64,000 nucleotides of DNA. Origin: Neoconidiobolus thromboides FSU 785 (lineage: Eukaryota; Fungi; Entomophthoromycota). A program made the position numbers and the translations under genes. Positions within the stretch are counted from its first letter, which is position 1; each line of letters starts with the position of its first letter. Location: positions 124,001 through 188,000 of the forward strand of contig MU626264.1 of assembly GCA_025603075.1 (NCBI GenBank), read 5' to 3'. Below the pieces are notes generated by a model that did not search any database, had not been told where the DNA came from, and saw only the letters and a program-made list of their open reading frames with translations. Of the stretch, positions 62,621-64,000 are shown piece by piece.

Positions 62621-64000
62621 TATATACTAAGTTGTATATTAATGTCAGAACTGGATAATATTGTATTAGAAACTATCATGACAATAAAAAAATACTTTTT
62701 GAGATAAAGATCTAGGATCCTGTATTTAATTAACTTATGAATAATTGGCTATATCTAATTTTATGCAAAAATAAACTTTAAAAACGACAAGCATCTAATT
62801 CAATACTTTGTTATTTTTCCAATATCTTGTTGCAGAATTGTGGGTAGTTAGAAACCAGCCAATAAAAATACATCAAAGTCATTATATAATCGTCACCATT
62901 TCATAGTCAGTATCTATCTTTTTGTACTTAAGTACTTGATATACCAAGCCACCTGTTGTCTAAATGGCGAAGAAGGTTTAAAAGGTTATACGATCTATAC
63001 AGGCCTCCAAACTGAGTAGCCAGATTTACAAGAAGAATACCGACTTCAATGCTATAAATCAACAGAATACTTTTGATATGCTTTACTCTATTTTACTTTC
63101 AAAAGGAGTTCTATTGAGCTATTTCCTCCTCCGAACTCTATCACCACAAACCAACTCCTTTTAATCCCAAGCCTTAATAATTTACTCAATAGCCCTTCAG
63201 TTTTTGAAGGTACAAATAATATCACTGGGATTTTTCATATCAACCCTACAAGAACCTTGACTACCAACCCACTGGAAATAGCCAAAAACCAATAGTACCT
63301 AAAAACTAGCCTCACAAACTAAAAGCCCCAACTATAAATTCTAGTAATAATAATAGAGTCTTAGTTGTAAATTCCGTTGAAAATGGTCAAAAAGTAATAT
63401 AGGGAAATTACCCGACAAACCAAAGCTACCTACCTTAGATAAAAACAATATATCTGAAGCTTTGCTCATAGCCTTTACCAGAAATCATCAACAGCCAACA
63501 TCATCCAAAAATTCTCATCATAAACCAAAACCTTTAATTTCAAATTGTAATAGCGCTATTGAAACCTTAGCTACTAACTCCACTAATAACGAGCAACATT
63601 CAACGATATCTAGAAAATAAAAAAAACAAACACATAACTAGTAAACATAAAACAAAAAGATTCTTTGAAAAAAACAAACTTATTGGAGTAAAATTGATGC
63701 TATTACGGCTAAAATTAATTGCAAAAAAGATATTTTAGAATATATAAATTATGTTATTGACACTTATAGAAAACTCAGTTCAAGAGTATCAAACTATATT
63801 GGTAATAAGATCTTAATTAACTAATTTGTAAGAAATTCAAAAAATAGAATCATCAAAAAGCAAAATACTGGTAATGACAATAACACTGACAATAATAATA
63901 TCAATGATAATAATGTAGATGAAAATAATAATAGTATTATTTTTTGGTTATGTCTTCCATTTATCTTTTGGTCTTTTTTACCTTTGTTCTTTTTTTGTTG

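Noticed and set aside
63342-63356. TAG TAA TAA TAA TAG run as RIP-mutated polyglutamine
   Set aside because: Another frame reads naturally as SNNNR, so it is not evidence of RIP

Overview
Very AT-rich eukaryotic (fungal) genomic DNA with many short introns of about 44-90 nt. The gene content (intronless F-box/LRR-like family, secreted S1 protease, CDK5-type kinase, ZC3H11-like protein) suggests an early-diverging fungus such as an entomophthoralean; this is inference only. Spliced or intronless genes reconstructed by hand: two F-box proteins plus a paralogous pseudogene, glia maturation factor (absent from the ORF track), a GPI-type protein, a small alkaline-phosphatase-superfamily enzyme, a SYN8-like SNARE, SPB4/DDX55, an MFS transporter, a DUF726/TMCO4 protein, a CDK5-like kinase, SDHAF2, an S1 protease, three CBM21 PP1-targeting subunits, enoyl-CoA hydratase, epsin, an Asn-rich secreted protein, a ZC3H11-like protein and a decayed STI1 copy. 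Main observations: (1) a consensus AT-AC U12-type (minor spliceosome) intron in the GMF gene; (2) a 92-101 bp MITE family with 21 copies, CpG decay and one insertion into the STI1 pseudogene that points to an AT target duplication; (3) an S1 protease with elastase-type pocket residues (Ser189/Val216/Thr226); (4) a cluster of three CBM21 genes; (5) a possible recursive splice point in the SNARE gene. All coordinates were counted by hand and may be off by a few bases for decayed features.
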